DNA of 64,000 nt from Octopus vulgaris. Its lineage: Eukaryota. Of this stretch, positions 39,349-52,134 are shown one piece after another. A program made the translations under genes and the position numbers. The notes beneath the pieces were generated by a model. That model did not search any database and had not been told where the DNA came from. It worked only from the letters and a program-made list of their open reading frames with translations. Position 1 is the first letter of the stretch. Every line of letters begins with the position of its first letter. Where the stretch lies: positions 29,698,001-29,762,000 of the forward strand of contig OX597829.1 in NCBI GenBank assembly GCA_951406725.2, read 5' to 3'.

Positions 39349-39759
39349 ACACAGTCAATCCAAACATGAACAAGCAAGAAAAAAACATAAACGCAAGGAC
39401 ATGGAATAAGTACAGTGTTATTGGACACTCACAAAAGGAAAGAAAAGAAAGAGGATTTTATGTTTCGAGCGGAGCTCTTTGTCAGAAACATTGAAAAAGT
39501 CCAAAGAAGGCCAGATGGAGAAAGAAAATCGCCAATGATACACACACGGTCACATATTGAAAATCATATGTATGTATGTATGTATGTATCTATCTATCTA
39601 TCTAAATGGAGGGATTGGAATGGGTAAAATACAGCATGCATTTTTTCTTAGCTGGCTAATCCTCTGATATAACAGTTACTCAACAAGGGGTGCTCAACTT
39701 AGCTAATCATCAGGCCAAGATTACCTTACTTAAATGAAGGTTATATTTATCGCTTGGAA

Positions 39760-41941
39760 TTTCCAAGTTAGCTCACCACAAATGTTAATTGAAAATGAAG
39801 TATCAATGTAGGATAAACCTACAGTTAAAAACTTCAGGAAGAAATTCAACATAATAGATGCTGTGAATGATATATTAGGTTGGCAACTAAGTTCCACCCG
39901 TTTTTTAAATTTAAATTTTTTATAAGGTTTAATAAAAAATAACAACTAATTAATCAATAATGTATTCACCCTTGTTGTTTACAACTTCTTCCCAACGTTC
40001 AACAAAATTTTCAATACCTTGTTGGTAGAAATCACCTGATTTCGACTCGAAAAATTGATCCAACGAAGCTCTCAGTTCTGCATCAGTATTGAACGAAACT
40101 CTGTGCATAGTATTTGAAAGAGATTGAAAGAGGAGGAAATCCGTTGGTGCCAAATCAGGAGAGTACGGCAGGTGTGGCAGCACTTCCCAGCCATGCATTT
40201 GAATTGCTTCCTTGGTCATATTGGCGATATGAGGGTAGGCGTTGTTGTGCAGCAGAAGAATTCCCTCTTGAATTGACATGTTGAGTCGTTACATCTGTTG
40301 AACATAGAGTTCCACGTTGACCATTTGGTTCCATTCAAGCAATTCGTAATGGATAATCCCTTCCCAGTCCCACCATACACACAACATCCTTTTATGTGGA
40401 GGAAGATCTTGTTTCACACGCAGTGTTGCTTGTTTACTGGGGCTAAGTCATTCCTTATGCTGCTTCATGTTAGTGTACAGGCACCATTTTTCATTGCCAG
40501 TAATGATTCAGTAAAGAAATCCTTGCTTGTGTCCATGAGTTGAGCAGTGATGAGCAAGCAAACCAGCAGAGATTGTGGCTCGTTGATTTTTGTTGCTGTC
40601 ACTTAAAGTATGTGGAACCCATGCTCCATACTTTTGAACCTTTCCCATCAAGTGAAGATGCTTCTCTATAGCAGTGTGGGAGCATTCCATTTTCTCTGCC
40701 AGTTCCCTTGTCATTTGACAAGAATTTTTGTACAAAAGTTGGTTTAATCGCTCTTCATTGAACTCAACTGGATGGCCAGAACGAGGTGCATCTTTGAGGT
40801 CAAAATTTCCATTTTTGAACTTGACATACCAATCACGAGTGGTTCTTTCAGCTATGGCACCCTCTCCATACACAGCACAAATGTTGCGAGCAGCTTTTGC
40901 AGCCTTAGAACCTTGATTAACAGCAAAAAGAAGGAGGTGTCGAAAATGCTTGTTTTTCTTAACTTGACATTCCATTTTAATGATCTGAAAATAAACAAAA
41001 ATTAACTAAAATTAACTTGAAAAAAAAAAGCAAAACAGATTCCAAAATGATTTAAAAATAGAATTCTCGAAAAAAATAGATTCCAAACTTTAAAAAAACA
41101 GTGAGAACTTAGTTGCCAACCCAATAGTTGAGTCATGGGATAAAGTGAAACCTTCGACTTTGAATAGTGCTTGGAAAAGTATATGGCCAGACTGTATCCA
41201 TAATGTTACAAGTTTTCCTGAAATAGAAAGTCTATATCAAATTCTGAAGGATATTGTGGCACTTGCAAAGAATGCAGGATTTGAAGAAGTCATAGATGAT
41301 GTGATTGAGCTGCTAGTGTCCCGGAAAGAAAGTTTATCTACTGAGGAGCTGATGCTGGAAAAAGAACAAGCTAAGAATATAGATGAAAAATTATTGCTTA
41401 AAGGATTGACACTTATAGAAGGAAAGTTTGAAAGTTTTTGCTGATAATGATCCTAATCATGAATGTAACATAAAAATTAAAAGAGAAGTTTTCAATGTCA
41501 TTAACATTAAACAACTTTGGAAAAGTTCTTCACCCCTCAAGTTAATATGCGTGATAATGAACTATAAGATAATAAATATTATCTCTCACCTTCCCTATAA
41601 AGCTCATTCCATCACCATCACTCACGCAGTAGTTAACATCTCAGTGATTCTAACATACCCTCTTAAAATGTTTTTGTGTTTTTATGTATTTGTATTGTTC
41701 TATGTATATTTAGCAATAGTTATTGTCATGTATGAAGACGACCATGTTGCTTGTTCTGTGTTGTTTTTTTGTGAATCCTTTTTTGTTTTTGTTTTTGCTT
41801 TTGTTTTTGAAAAAGTCTGTAGGAATGCAATCTCACTTGATAGTATGAAAATCAAGAGGACAATTAATTTTGCCTTAGGCAATTTTGCATTATGGCCAGA
41901 TTTTCAGGACCACATTACTTTAATAAAGTAAGAGATTCCTG
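39760..41941 (+). mobile_element. Tigger/pogo transposase remnant (host of the mariner insertion)
   Basis: VKNFRKKFNIIDAVNDI|VESWDKVKPSTLNSAWKSIWPDC reads in frame across the mariner TA site. Confidence 0.8.
39875..41124 (-). mobile_element. Full-length mariner transposon (1250 bp) with disrupted DD34D transposase
   Basis: TIRs TTAGGTTGGCAACTAAGTTC / GAACTTAGTTGCCAACCCAA with TA TSDs. Motifs WVPHTL and YSPDLAPTD. ORF split into 40508-40975 and 39950-40279. Confidence 0.95.
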
Positions 41942-42464
41942 TTGTTTGGTTGCACAGAAAGATGATCAATGTAAAGTGTAAGTGGAGAGGGACAACATTA
42001 AGACTGAAAAACGGATAATAATTGAAATGTTTCAGAGGAAAAAAAAATTAAGCATGCAATTCTGCTTTCACGTAATTACAACAGCAAAATACTGCAGTTA
42101 AGCAGGCGAAAGAGGGGACAGTGATGAAGAGATAAAGGGCAATGAAGATTCTTGAGGAGAAAATTGAGCAAGAGGCAGGGTTGTACATGCATATAGTGTG
42201 TATGTGTATGGTGTATATGTATATGTACACACACACACACATACACACACACATATATGCAGTGAATATATATAGAAATACACATGGACAAATGCATACA
42301 TACAAACATATGTATATATACACACAGGGCCATTTTAGCAACTTTATAGGTCCCTGGGTAAATCAGTGCATGGGGTCCGTAATATTTATTGATAGCAAGC
42401 TATGACATATATAGGTCAGGATTGGGTCCCTGTCCAATGTGCCCATGCTTTAAGACACCCTGTG

Positions 42465-43280
42465 CATATTGTTGAAATTCTAATGAAGGAATCTTGGATC
42501 TAGGTTAGGAACCACCTCTTTCTCTATTGGTAAGATATCTTGAAATAAAACTGAATAATGACATACATACATACATACATACATACATACATACATACAT
42601 ACATACACACATACACACATACATACATACATACATACATACATACATACATACATACATACATACATACATACATACATACATACATACATACATACAT
42701 ACATGCATACATACATACATATATACATACATAGTCTAAGGACAACAGGCCTGATATAATGATTTGGGATTGAGAAGAGAAACTGTGTATAGTTGTGGAA
42801 ATTAGCTGCCCAGTGGATGTTAACATAAAGCTGAAGATCAGTGAAAAAGAGAACGCCTACACTGAACTATTGAGAAATCTGTAGTTACTCTATCCAGATT
42901 ACAAGTTCAGGTTTGTACCTGTAATTATTGGGGCACTGGGATGTGTAACACAATGCCTAAATACCAATCAGGAGAAATTAGGCTTCTCAAAACCAGAAAG
43001 GAGAAAGCTGTTTGAAGATTACAGATCCAATCCATCGCTTGAACTGTAAAAATTTGCAAAACTTTCCAGAAGTTTATCATTTAAGTATGTATGAGCCTAT
43101 CTAGATATGCAACTATATGCCTGAAAAGATATACATAAAACAAAACATACAAATCTGCAAGTATACAAATATACATATACAAACATATACAAAAATACCC
43201 ATTGGAAATTCCAATGAAGGTGCCTTAGATTAAGATTCTTTCTTTATTGGTTAGAAATCTTGAAATAAAACTGAATTACA
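42465..43280 (+). mobile_element. R4/Dong-like RLE retrotransposon 3' ends in tandem within (ACAT)n/(AC)n
   Basis: KDNRPDIMIWD*EEKLCIVVEISCPVDVNI...EKE...FVPVIIGALG (restriction-like endonuclease). The tail gaaataaaactgaat is followed by microsatellite at 42560 and 43278. Confidence 0.8.
42561..42732. repeat. (ACAT)n microsatellite
   Basis: Direct reading. Confidence 0.95.
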
Positions 43281-43380
43281 CACACACACACAAACACAAA
43301 CACACATGCATACACACATACACACACACATGCATACATCACCTATACATATATACATATATATATACATATATATATTT

Positions 43381-43420
<40 letters not shown>

Positions 43421-43647
43421 TTTAACAAATCCTAATAAATAGGTCATCATCACTTATATAAGTGTTGTACTTTCACTTTGCTTATAGTCTCATCAATATT
43501 GTAATCTGTTAAGAGAATCGAAGATGCAGTGACTGTTGATGGAGTGCTCTACAAACAACCTCGTTGCATTTCCTTCCTTTTATTTTCCAGTCTCAGGGTA
43601 ATTTAGAAATGATAAATTAGTGTCCTTGTGTCCAGGCCACCACCCAA

Positions 43648-43648
43648 G

Positions 43649-43698
<50 letters not shown>

Positions 43699-43705
43699 GT
43701 TGTTG

Positions 43706-43767
<62 letters not shown>

Positions 43768-43768
43768 G

Positions 43769-43809
<41 letters not shown>

Positions 43810-44524
43810 GTGTGAGAGAGCATTCATGCCATCAAAGTGACACTGGGGTAAAATATACGAAGCCCAATATACCCATCATGACTACCCGTCTGATAAAGGT
43901 ACACCAGGCACATGCATCACAACCATATGTGCGCGACATGGTGATCTCATATCAAGATAAACAGTGCACATGACCTTGCAGGTGGGGCCCAGTTAGAATT
44001 TTCTTCAGGTTGAGTAGCCCATCCGCTCAAAAGGTCCCTGAATAAGGGTTGCTTTAGGATGTTGAACGAAACACCTATGTTTCCAGAGGTGAACCATTCA
44101 AACTCCAAAGAATCCCTCTTCGACACATGGCCATGATGCTCCCCCACTACTTCTGCTCGTGATCAGAGATGCACATATCGTCAGCCACTAAGGACATGCT
44201 CAACTGGTTAAGGTCAAACAACTGACAAGCAAACCTGTGGTATTGAGCAGAATATTTGCTGTAGCCCATCTTTTATACCAAGACAAAACAATGTACATGA
44301 TAACACTTCCAGTCAGTTAAGATCAGAAGCCATGAGAGCCACTGCCTGGTACTGCATCAGGGCATTTAGGTACTGCATCAGGGCATCCTATTACTGCATC
44401 AGGGCATCCTGGTACTGCATCAGGGCATCCTGGTACTGCATCAGGGCATCCTGTTGTTATTATCAGGGCATCCTGGTACTGCATCAGGGCATTATTATTA
44501 TTGTTATTGTTATTGTTATTATTA

Positions 44525-44580
<56 letters not shown>

Positions 44581-44584
44581 GTTA

Positions 44585-44631
<47 letters not shown>

Positions 44632-44635
44632 GTTA

Positions 44636-44676
<41 letters not shown>

Positions 44677-44680
44677 GTTA

Positions 44681-44742
<62 letters not shown>

Positions 44743-44879
44743 GTTATTATTATTGTTATTGTTATTATTTATTATTATTATTATTATTGTTATTGTTATT
44801 GTTATTATTATTATTATTATTATTATTGTTATTATTGTTGTTATTGTTATTATTATTATTATTATTATTGTTATTGTTA

Positions 44880-44911
<32 letters not shown>

Positions 44912-44915
44912 GTTA

Positions 44916-44977
<62 letters not shown>

Positions 44978-44981
44978 GTTA

Positions 44982-45054
<73 letters not shown>

Positions 45055-45075
45055 CATCATTATCATCATCATTAT
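43648..45075. repeat. Large (ATT/GTT)n array interrupted by a non-coding element (43810-44366) and 21-bp tandem repeats (about 44346-44492)
   Basis: Direct reading; unit ggtactgcatcagggcatcct. Confidence 0.9.
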
Positions 45076-45079
45076 TATA

Positions 45080-45291
45080 GGTGGTAAGTTAGCAGAATCA
45101 TTAGCACACTGGGCAAAATGCTTAGTGGCATTTCACCTCTCTTTACGTTCTGAGTTCAAATCCCGCTGAGGTTGACTTTCGTTTTCATTCTTTTGGGGGT
45201 TTATAAATGAAGTACGAGTGAAATACCGGGGTTCATGTAATCGACTAGTCCCCTCCCACAAATTTCAGGCCTTGTACCTTCAGTAGAAAGG

Positions 45292-45295
<4 letters not shown>
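45080..45295 (+). mobile_element. SINE family 3
   Basis: Family consensus match with (att)n tail. Confidence 0.8.
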
Positions 45296-45350
<55 letters not shown>

Positions 45351-46052
45351 ATTATTATTGCTGTTGTTGTTGTTGCTATTTTGTGTGCTTGTGCGCGTGT
45401 GTGTGTATGTGTATTTTTAAATGAACAGAAATAAAAGTGCAGTATAAACACCCGCCCATATGTCATCATTCATAACACACTCTCACTCTCTCTCTCTCTC
45501 TTTTGCTTTGTCTGTCTCAATGAGAGTCAAAGAGAATTAGAGCTAGTTGAGTGACAGCTGACATGTGACAAGTTGCTGTGACATAAAAGTAGGTTGTGAA
45601 TGTCATTGACACAGTCAAAGGATAACAAAAAGGTAAAAAATAAAAAAGAAAAAGAATTTGTTCTAGCATGGTTAAGTGACCTAAGTAAGAAGTACCCCCC
45701 GCCTCTTGATGTGCGAGTGCATGTATGTGTGTGTGTAATTGGAGCGAGATTTTGTGTGTGCCTATATGATTGGAGTCAGGTGTCATGCATGTGTATGTGT
45801 GTGTGTCTGTGTCTGTGTATGTATGTGTGTGTGTGTGTGTGTGTGTGCGTATGTGGTTGGTGGTAAGCATGAAGGTGATTGGGGGAAGAACTACCATCAT
45901 TTATATTGTAACAGCAGAACTTAAAAGGTGTTTTATTTAGCCACCGCCACTCCCCACTGCTGCCCCAAGAATGTTAGAAGAAGGGTAGAGAAGTGTACAT
46001 GCACAAATGCATGTGTGCGTGTGAGTTTGTTGATATATAAATATATATACAT

Positions 46053-46445
46053 AGGCGCAGGAGTGGCTGTGTGGTAAGTAGCTTGTTTACCAACCACATG
46101 GTTCTGGGTTCAGTTCCACTGCGTGGCACCTTGGGCAAGTGTCTTCTACTATAGCCTCAGGCCAACCAAAGCCTTGTGAGTGGATTTGGTAGACGGAAAC
46201 TGAAAGAAGCCCGTCGTATATATGTATATATATACATGTGTGTGTGTGTCTGTGTTTGTCCCCCTAGCATTGCTTGACAACCGATGCTGGTGTGTTTATG
46301 TCCCCATTACTTAGCGGTTCGGCAAAAGAAACCGATAGAATAAGTACTGGGCTTACAAAAGAATAAGTCCCAGGGTCGAGTTGCTCGATTAAAGGCGGTG
46401 CTCCAGCATGGCCGCATTCAAATGACTGAAACAAGTAAAAGAGAG
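46053..46445 (+). mobile_element. SINE family 2, full length
   Basis: Best consensus-like copy, from GGCGCAGGAGTGGC to GAAACAAGTAAAAGAG. Confidence 0.9.
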
Positions 46446-46529
46446 AAAGAGAGATGTTTCTCTTTCTGTATATATGTGCATATGTGTGTGTATTTGTTAG
46501 TATATAAATATATGTGTGCAAGTGTTTGA

Positions 46530-46569
<40 letters not shown>

Positions 46570-46589
46570 TCATCATCATCATCATCTTC

Positions 46590-47432
46590 TTTGTCGTCGT
46601 CGTTTAACGTCCACTTTCTATGCTGTCATGGGATAGATGGTTTGGCTGAGGACTGGTGAGCCAGAAGGCTGCACCAGGCTCTAATCTGATCTGGCAAAGT
46701 TTCTACAGCTGGATGCCCTTCCTAATTCCAACCACTCCAAGAGTGTAGTGGGTGCTTTTACGTGCCACCAGCACAAGGGCCAATCAGTTGGTACTGGCAA
46801 CAACCATACTCAAAAGATGTTTTTTATTGTGCCACCTGCACAGGAGCCAGTCTGGTAGCACTGGCAACGACCATGCCCAAATGTTGTTTTTCATGTGCCA
46901 CCAGCACATGTGCCAGTAAGTCAATGCTGGCAATGACCACAATTGAATGGTGCTTTTTATGTGCAAGGGAGCCAGTCAGTGGCCCTGGCACTGATCACGC
47001 TTGGATGATGCTTTTAATGTTCCACTGGCACAATCAAGCAATACTGTCATCGACCTCATCAACGATTTTGATTTCACTTGCCTCAACAGATCTTCACAAG
47101 TAAAGCTTATTGTCCAATGAATGAAGGGTACTCATGAGTGGGCTGGTTATACACCACTGGCATAGATCATGGGTCATAGTCTCACTTGGCTTGCCTAGTC
47201 TTCTCAAGCACAACATATCTCCAAAGGTCTCAGTCATTAGTCATTGCCTCGATGACACCCAATGTTTGAAGGTCATGCTTCACCACCTCATCCCAGGTCT
47301 TCCTCTGTCTACCTCTTCCACAAGTTCTCTCAACTGCTAGGGTGTGACACTTTTTCACACAGCTGTCCTCATCCATTCACAACACATGGCCATACAAGTG
47401 CAGTCATCTCTCTTGCACACCACATCTGATGC
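46590..47432 (-). mobile_element. RTE LINE 3' fragment
   Basis: Same C-terminus and UTR as 13300-14270. Confidence 0.82.
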
Positions 47433-47499
47433 TTATATATATATATATATAACATTATACATATATATATATATATATAAAATTATATATACTATTATA

Positions 47500-48683
47500 T
47501 CATCATCATCATCATCATCATTTAACGTCCGCTTTCCATGCTAGCATGGGTTGGACGGTTCAACTGGGGTCTGGGGAGCCCGAAGGCTGCACCAGGCCAG
47601 TCAGATCTGGCAGTGTTTCTACAGCTGGATGCCCTTCCTAACGCCAACCACTCCGAGAGTGTAGTGGGTGATTTTATGTGCCACCGACACAGGTGCCAGA
47701 CGAGGCTGGCGAACGGCCATGCTCGGATGGTGTTTTTTATGTGCCACCGACAGAGGTGGCAGACGGCCACACTCGGATGGTGTTTTTATGTGCCACCGAC
47801 ACAGGTGCCAGGTGAGGCTGGCGAACGGCCACGATCGGATGGTGTTTGTTACGTGCCTACAGCACGGAGGCCAGTCGATGCGGTACTGGCTACCACCACG
47901 TTCGGATGGTTTTCTTGTGTGCCACCGGCACTGGTACCACAAAGATACAAATTCCATTGATGTTCATCTATTTTGATTTGTTTTGATTTGATTTGATTTG
48001 ATTTTCACTTGCCTCAACAGGTCTTCACAGGTCTTCACAAGTGTCACAAGAAGGAAAGAAGGTATGCACGGCCACGCTCGGATGGTGTTTTTTATGTGCC
48101 ACCGACACAGGTGCCAGACGAGGCTGGCAGACGGCCACGCTCGGATGGTGTTTTTATGTGCCACCGACACAGGTGCCAGATGAGGCTGGCGAACGGCCAC
48201 GATCGGATGGTGTTTGTTACGTGCCCACAGCATGGAGGCCAGTCGATGCGGTACTGGCTACGGCCACGTTCGGATGGTTTTCTTGTGTGCCACCGGCACT
48301 GGTACCACAAAGATACAAATTCCATTGATGTTCATCTATTTTGATTTGTTTTGATTTTCACTTGCCTCAACAGGTCTTCGCAAGTGTCACAAGAAGGAAG
48401 GTATGCACAGGTGGACTGACTACGTCCCAGGTAGGGGCCACGGGTTATGGCCTGACTAGTCTTGCCGGGTCTTCGGATGGTGTTTTTATGTGCCACCGAC
48501 ACAGGTGCCAGATGAGGCTGGCGAACGGCCACGATCGGATGGTGTTTGTTACGTGCCCACAGCACGGAGGCCAGTCGATGCGGTACTGGCTACCGCCACG
48601 TTCGGATGGTTTTCTTGTGTGCCACCGGCACTGGTACCACAAAGATACAAATTCCATTGATGTTCATCTATTTTGATTTGTTT

Positions 48684-48687
<4 letters not shown>
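47500..48687 (-). mobile_element. Young RTE 3' UTR copy with internal tandem duplications
   Basis: CpG-intact UTR. The block ending ggtaccacaaagatacaaattccattgatgttcatctattttgatttg occurs three times (about 47935, 48300, 48635). Confidence 0.8.
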
Positions 48688-48725
<38 letters not shown>

Positions 48726-48767
48726 AAACAAATCAAAATAGATGAACATCAATGGAATTTGTATCTA

Positions 48768-48801
<34 letters not shown>

Positions 48802-48856
48802 TAGATAGATAGATAGATATATAGATATATATATATATAGGTTTATATATATATAT

Positions 48857-48898
<42 letters not shown>

Positions 48899-48900
48899 CT

Positions 48901-48947
<47 letters not shown>

Positions 48948-49172
48948 CGCACACACATATATATGTAAATATATATGTATATAAAAGACATCACAAAAAC
49001 TCAGAGTTTCATGCTCCCATTCGTTCAACGAACAGGAATGTGAAACTCTGAGTAACAGTCTTTGTGATGTCTTTGCAGCTTTATTAATAAAATATATTAC
49101 TCTACTTCTTGTAATAGAGTACCATTTTTCTCCACCTTGTTTCACATTTATGTGCTTACTCTGGTATGTATG

Positions 49173-49219
<47 letters not shown>

Positions 49220-49334
49220 GTGTGTGTGTGTGTGTGTGTATGTACATATATATATATATATATATATAGATGTATATATACGTTTATGAATTTGTGTTGC
49301 AAGATTTCTGATGTGAAACTGTGTGATGAAACAG

Positions 49335-49670
49335 ATATTGTTGTATTTCGGGATCGTCGTTTTTTTTTTTCCTACAAATAAACACATGCACTATATATTC
49401 ATTCTTCACTTGTGTATCACTGTTCTTATTCTAACTCATGTCCATTGTCCCGAAATCTTTAATCACACATTTGTGAATTCTTCAGTGACGCTATCTGTCT
49501 TCATGCGTGCTCTTGCTCCAAGAGCACACATGAAGGCAAACGTATGACAAAAGATTTCCAGACAATGGACATGAGTTAGAATAAGAACAGTAATAAATGA
49601 GTAAAGAATGGATATAAAGTGCATGTGTTTATTTGACAAAAAAAAAATGACCATCCCAAAATACAACAAT
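49335..49670. mobile_element. Long-TIR MITE (about 140-bp arms)
   Basis: attgttgtatttcgggatcgtc... is complementary to ...gaccatcccaaaatacaacaat. Confidence 0.75.
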
Positions 49671-49928
49671 ATATATATAGGGAGGGTTTACGAAAAAAAC
49701 AAAAGACGAAGACAGGTGGTGTACAAACAAACAGATGTATTAGTATAACGCTCAGGAAGTGAAAAATTCTTTAACATTTTGAGCCTACACTCTTCTACAG
49801 AAAGGGACACAGAAAAAGCAAGGAGAGAAAAAAATGTGTATAGTGGCTAACGATCTATAATGGTGTCAACAATATGTAAATATACGTGTGTGTGTGTGTG
49901 TGTATGTGTGTGTATGTGTGTGTGTGTA

Positions 49929-49959
<31 letters not shown>

Positions 49960-49962
49960 ATG

Positions 49963-49993
<31 letters not shown>

Positions 49994-50228
49994 ATATGAC
50001 CACTTTTCCATGCTAGCTTCATGGATCAGACAGAATTTGTAGAAGTGGATTTTTCACAGATAGATACCCTACCTATTCCCACCTCTCACCCATTTCCAAG
50101 TAAGTTAACAGTTCCCCATTACCAGACTTGTTTCCACAGAATATTGGAAGCAAAGGACCTGCTTGCATTACACTGACATTTGCTTACATCACATGATGTC
50201 AAGGCAAGAAGACTGCAACAGACACACA

Positions 50229-50263
<35 letters not shown>

Positions 50264-51734
50264 ACACACACACAACAAAATGGGTTTTCAGTTTCTGTTC
50301 ACCAAATGCACTCTCAAGGCTTTGGTTGGCTGGGAGCTATTGTAGAAGATGCTCAAAGTGCCATGCAGCAGGATTGAACTCTAAACCTTGTGGTTGAGAA
50401 GCAAATATTTTTACCACAAAATTGCGTTTATGTCCCTATATATGCATGCATGTATATATAGCTTAGTTTCTCTTTAGGGCTGGCCAGATTGGAGCAATCT
50501 CGAGTATAAGCAGCCAAAATTGCAAAGATAATCTGGAACTCGACTGAGGAAAGAAATCTCCAAATGACCCGTCCTTGTTTTCTTTGTATCATCTATCTGA
50601 ATGTTTTGTTGTCCCTTTTTTATGTCACCTAATTAAGTGGATATTTCGCGTTCTTGTCCCATTTTGTATTTTTATATATATATATAGTGGCATACGTACA
50701 CTTTGGTCTCTTATATTTAATTATATAATTATCTAGATTTTGTACAACACTATTCTTTTATTCTTTCCTTCTTTCTATCAGCCCTTTCATGCTTACTACA
50801 TTCATTCCACTCCCTGTTCTTTCGTTCCCCATCTCTCACATTTCCTTGCCTTTTCTTCAGGCTCACTTTCCCTCCTCTTTTCACTTCACTGTGTCCCTGT
50901 CATTTTTTCTCACCCCTCCTTAGTTCTACTGTCCCTCTGCCTCTAACTCTCCTCTCTCTCTCTCTTCTCTCCCCACGTGTTAAATATCCGCATAAGTGTT
51001 AAATATCCACATATACATACGAAATATGAAGTACAAGCATTCTGTTTACACTCAACAAACCAACCATAAGGAAGACAATGGTAATTTAAATTCAAATCCA
51101 CAAGCCAATCATATTTTAGCGCTAGATCCGCAACTATTTCTGAAAGTAATAGTGTATTTATGTCACAATGAAAATTATAAACTTGAACTCGGACGTGAAT
51201 ATGTGGACCTGTGAATCTTAATGTAGTGTAAACAGAATACTTGTACTTCATATTTCGTATGTATATGCGGATATTTAACATTTTGCATGGTATTGTAGTA
51301 CTATTGTGACTATATTGATAATAATGGAATCTATGTATTGTTTTTCTAGTATTAGCATTATTAATAATAATATGAAGGATGATATTGATAGCATTAGTGG
51401 TAATGACAAAGATAATGATGCTAACATTAATGACATTTTGGAAATTAGTAAGAATTAATATAATGTACTCTTGACTCTGTATATCTGCATTTAGGTATTA
51501 ATATGTGTATGTTTTTCTACATTGTAATTATCACAATATTAAGTTGAAAAACTATAACATTGAATGTGGAACATATGTATGTTTATTAATTTATATTACT
51601 TATATCATTATGTATATGTATATTTATATGTATAGGAGTATGAGTATATGCACTCATATGTATATGTATATGTTTTATTATGGGTATGTACCCACACCTG
51701 TATAAGTATTATGTAATCTGATTTGTATCACATA

Positions 51735-51861
51735 ATCTCCGAAGAGGCCTTAGGATATTTTTGTAAATGTCTCATTTATAACTACATATTGACCTACCAT
51801 AAATGGCTAATATAAGTAAAATGAAACATACTTATCTACATGGCCGAAACAGCTGTAAGAT
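51735..51861 (+). ncRNA. Type I hammerhead-ribozyme-like motif with long stem II insert
   Basis: atct CCGAAGA GGCC...GGCC GAAAC agct GTA agat. Confidence 0.55.
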
Positions 51862-52089
51862 GTAGTTTATATTTATATTTATATGTACTTATATTTACAT
51901 TCTCTTATACATATTCTACTTATTGTATAACATTACTCTTTTATGTACACTCCTTTATGTACACTGTTTTGTTCTACATTATTATGTTTAACCTTATAGT
52001 TTCTTATGTGGTGGTTTAATAAAGTATGTGATTGAGTATTATCTGGTAATTGATATTTGATTTCGATGTATTTCTCCATTTTCTTATTT

Positions 52090-52134
<45 letters not shown>

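Noticed and set aside
42480-42826. MYVC / IHTY repeat ORFs (also at 54.5-55.9 kb)
   Set aside because: Translations of (ACAT)n.
44346-44492. 21-bp repeats as a CRISPR array or coding repeat (GCPDAVP)
   Set aside because: Head-to-tail repeats without spacers, derived from the end of the adjacent element.
43603-45169. Long ORFs of poly-I/N/Y/L
   Set aside because: Translations of the (ATT)n microsatellite.
47522-48676. Multiple overlapping GC-rich ORFs and a CRISPR-like repeat appearance
   Set aside because: Tandemly duplicated LINE 3' UTR; no unique spacers, no cas genes, eukaryotic context.
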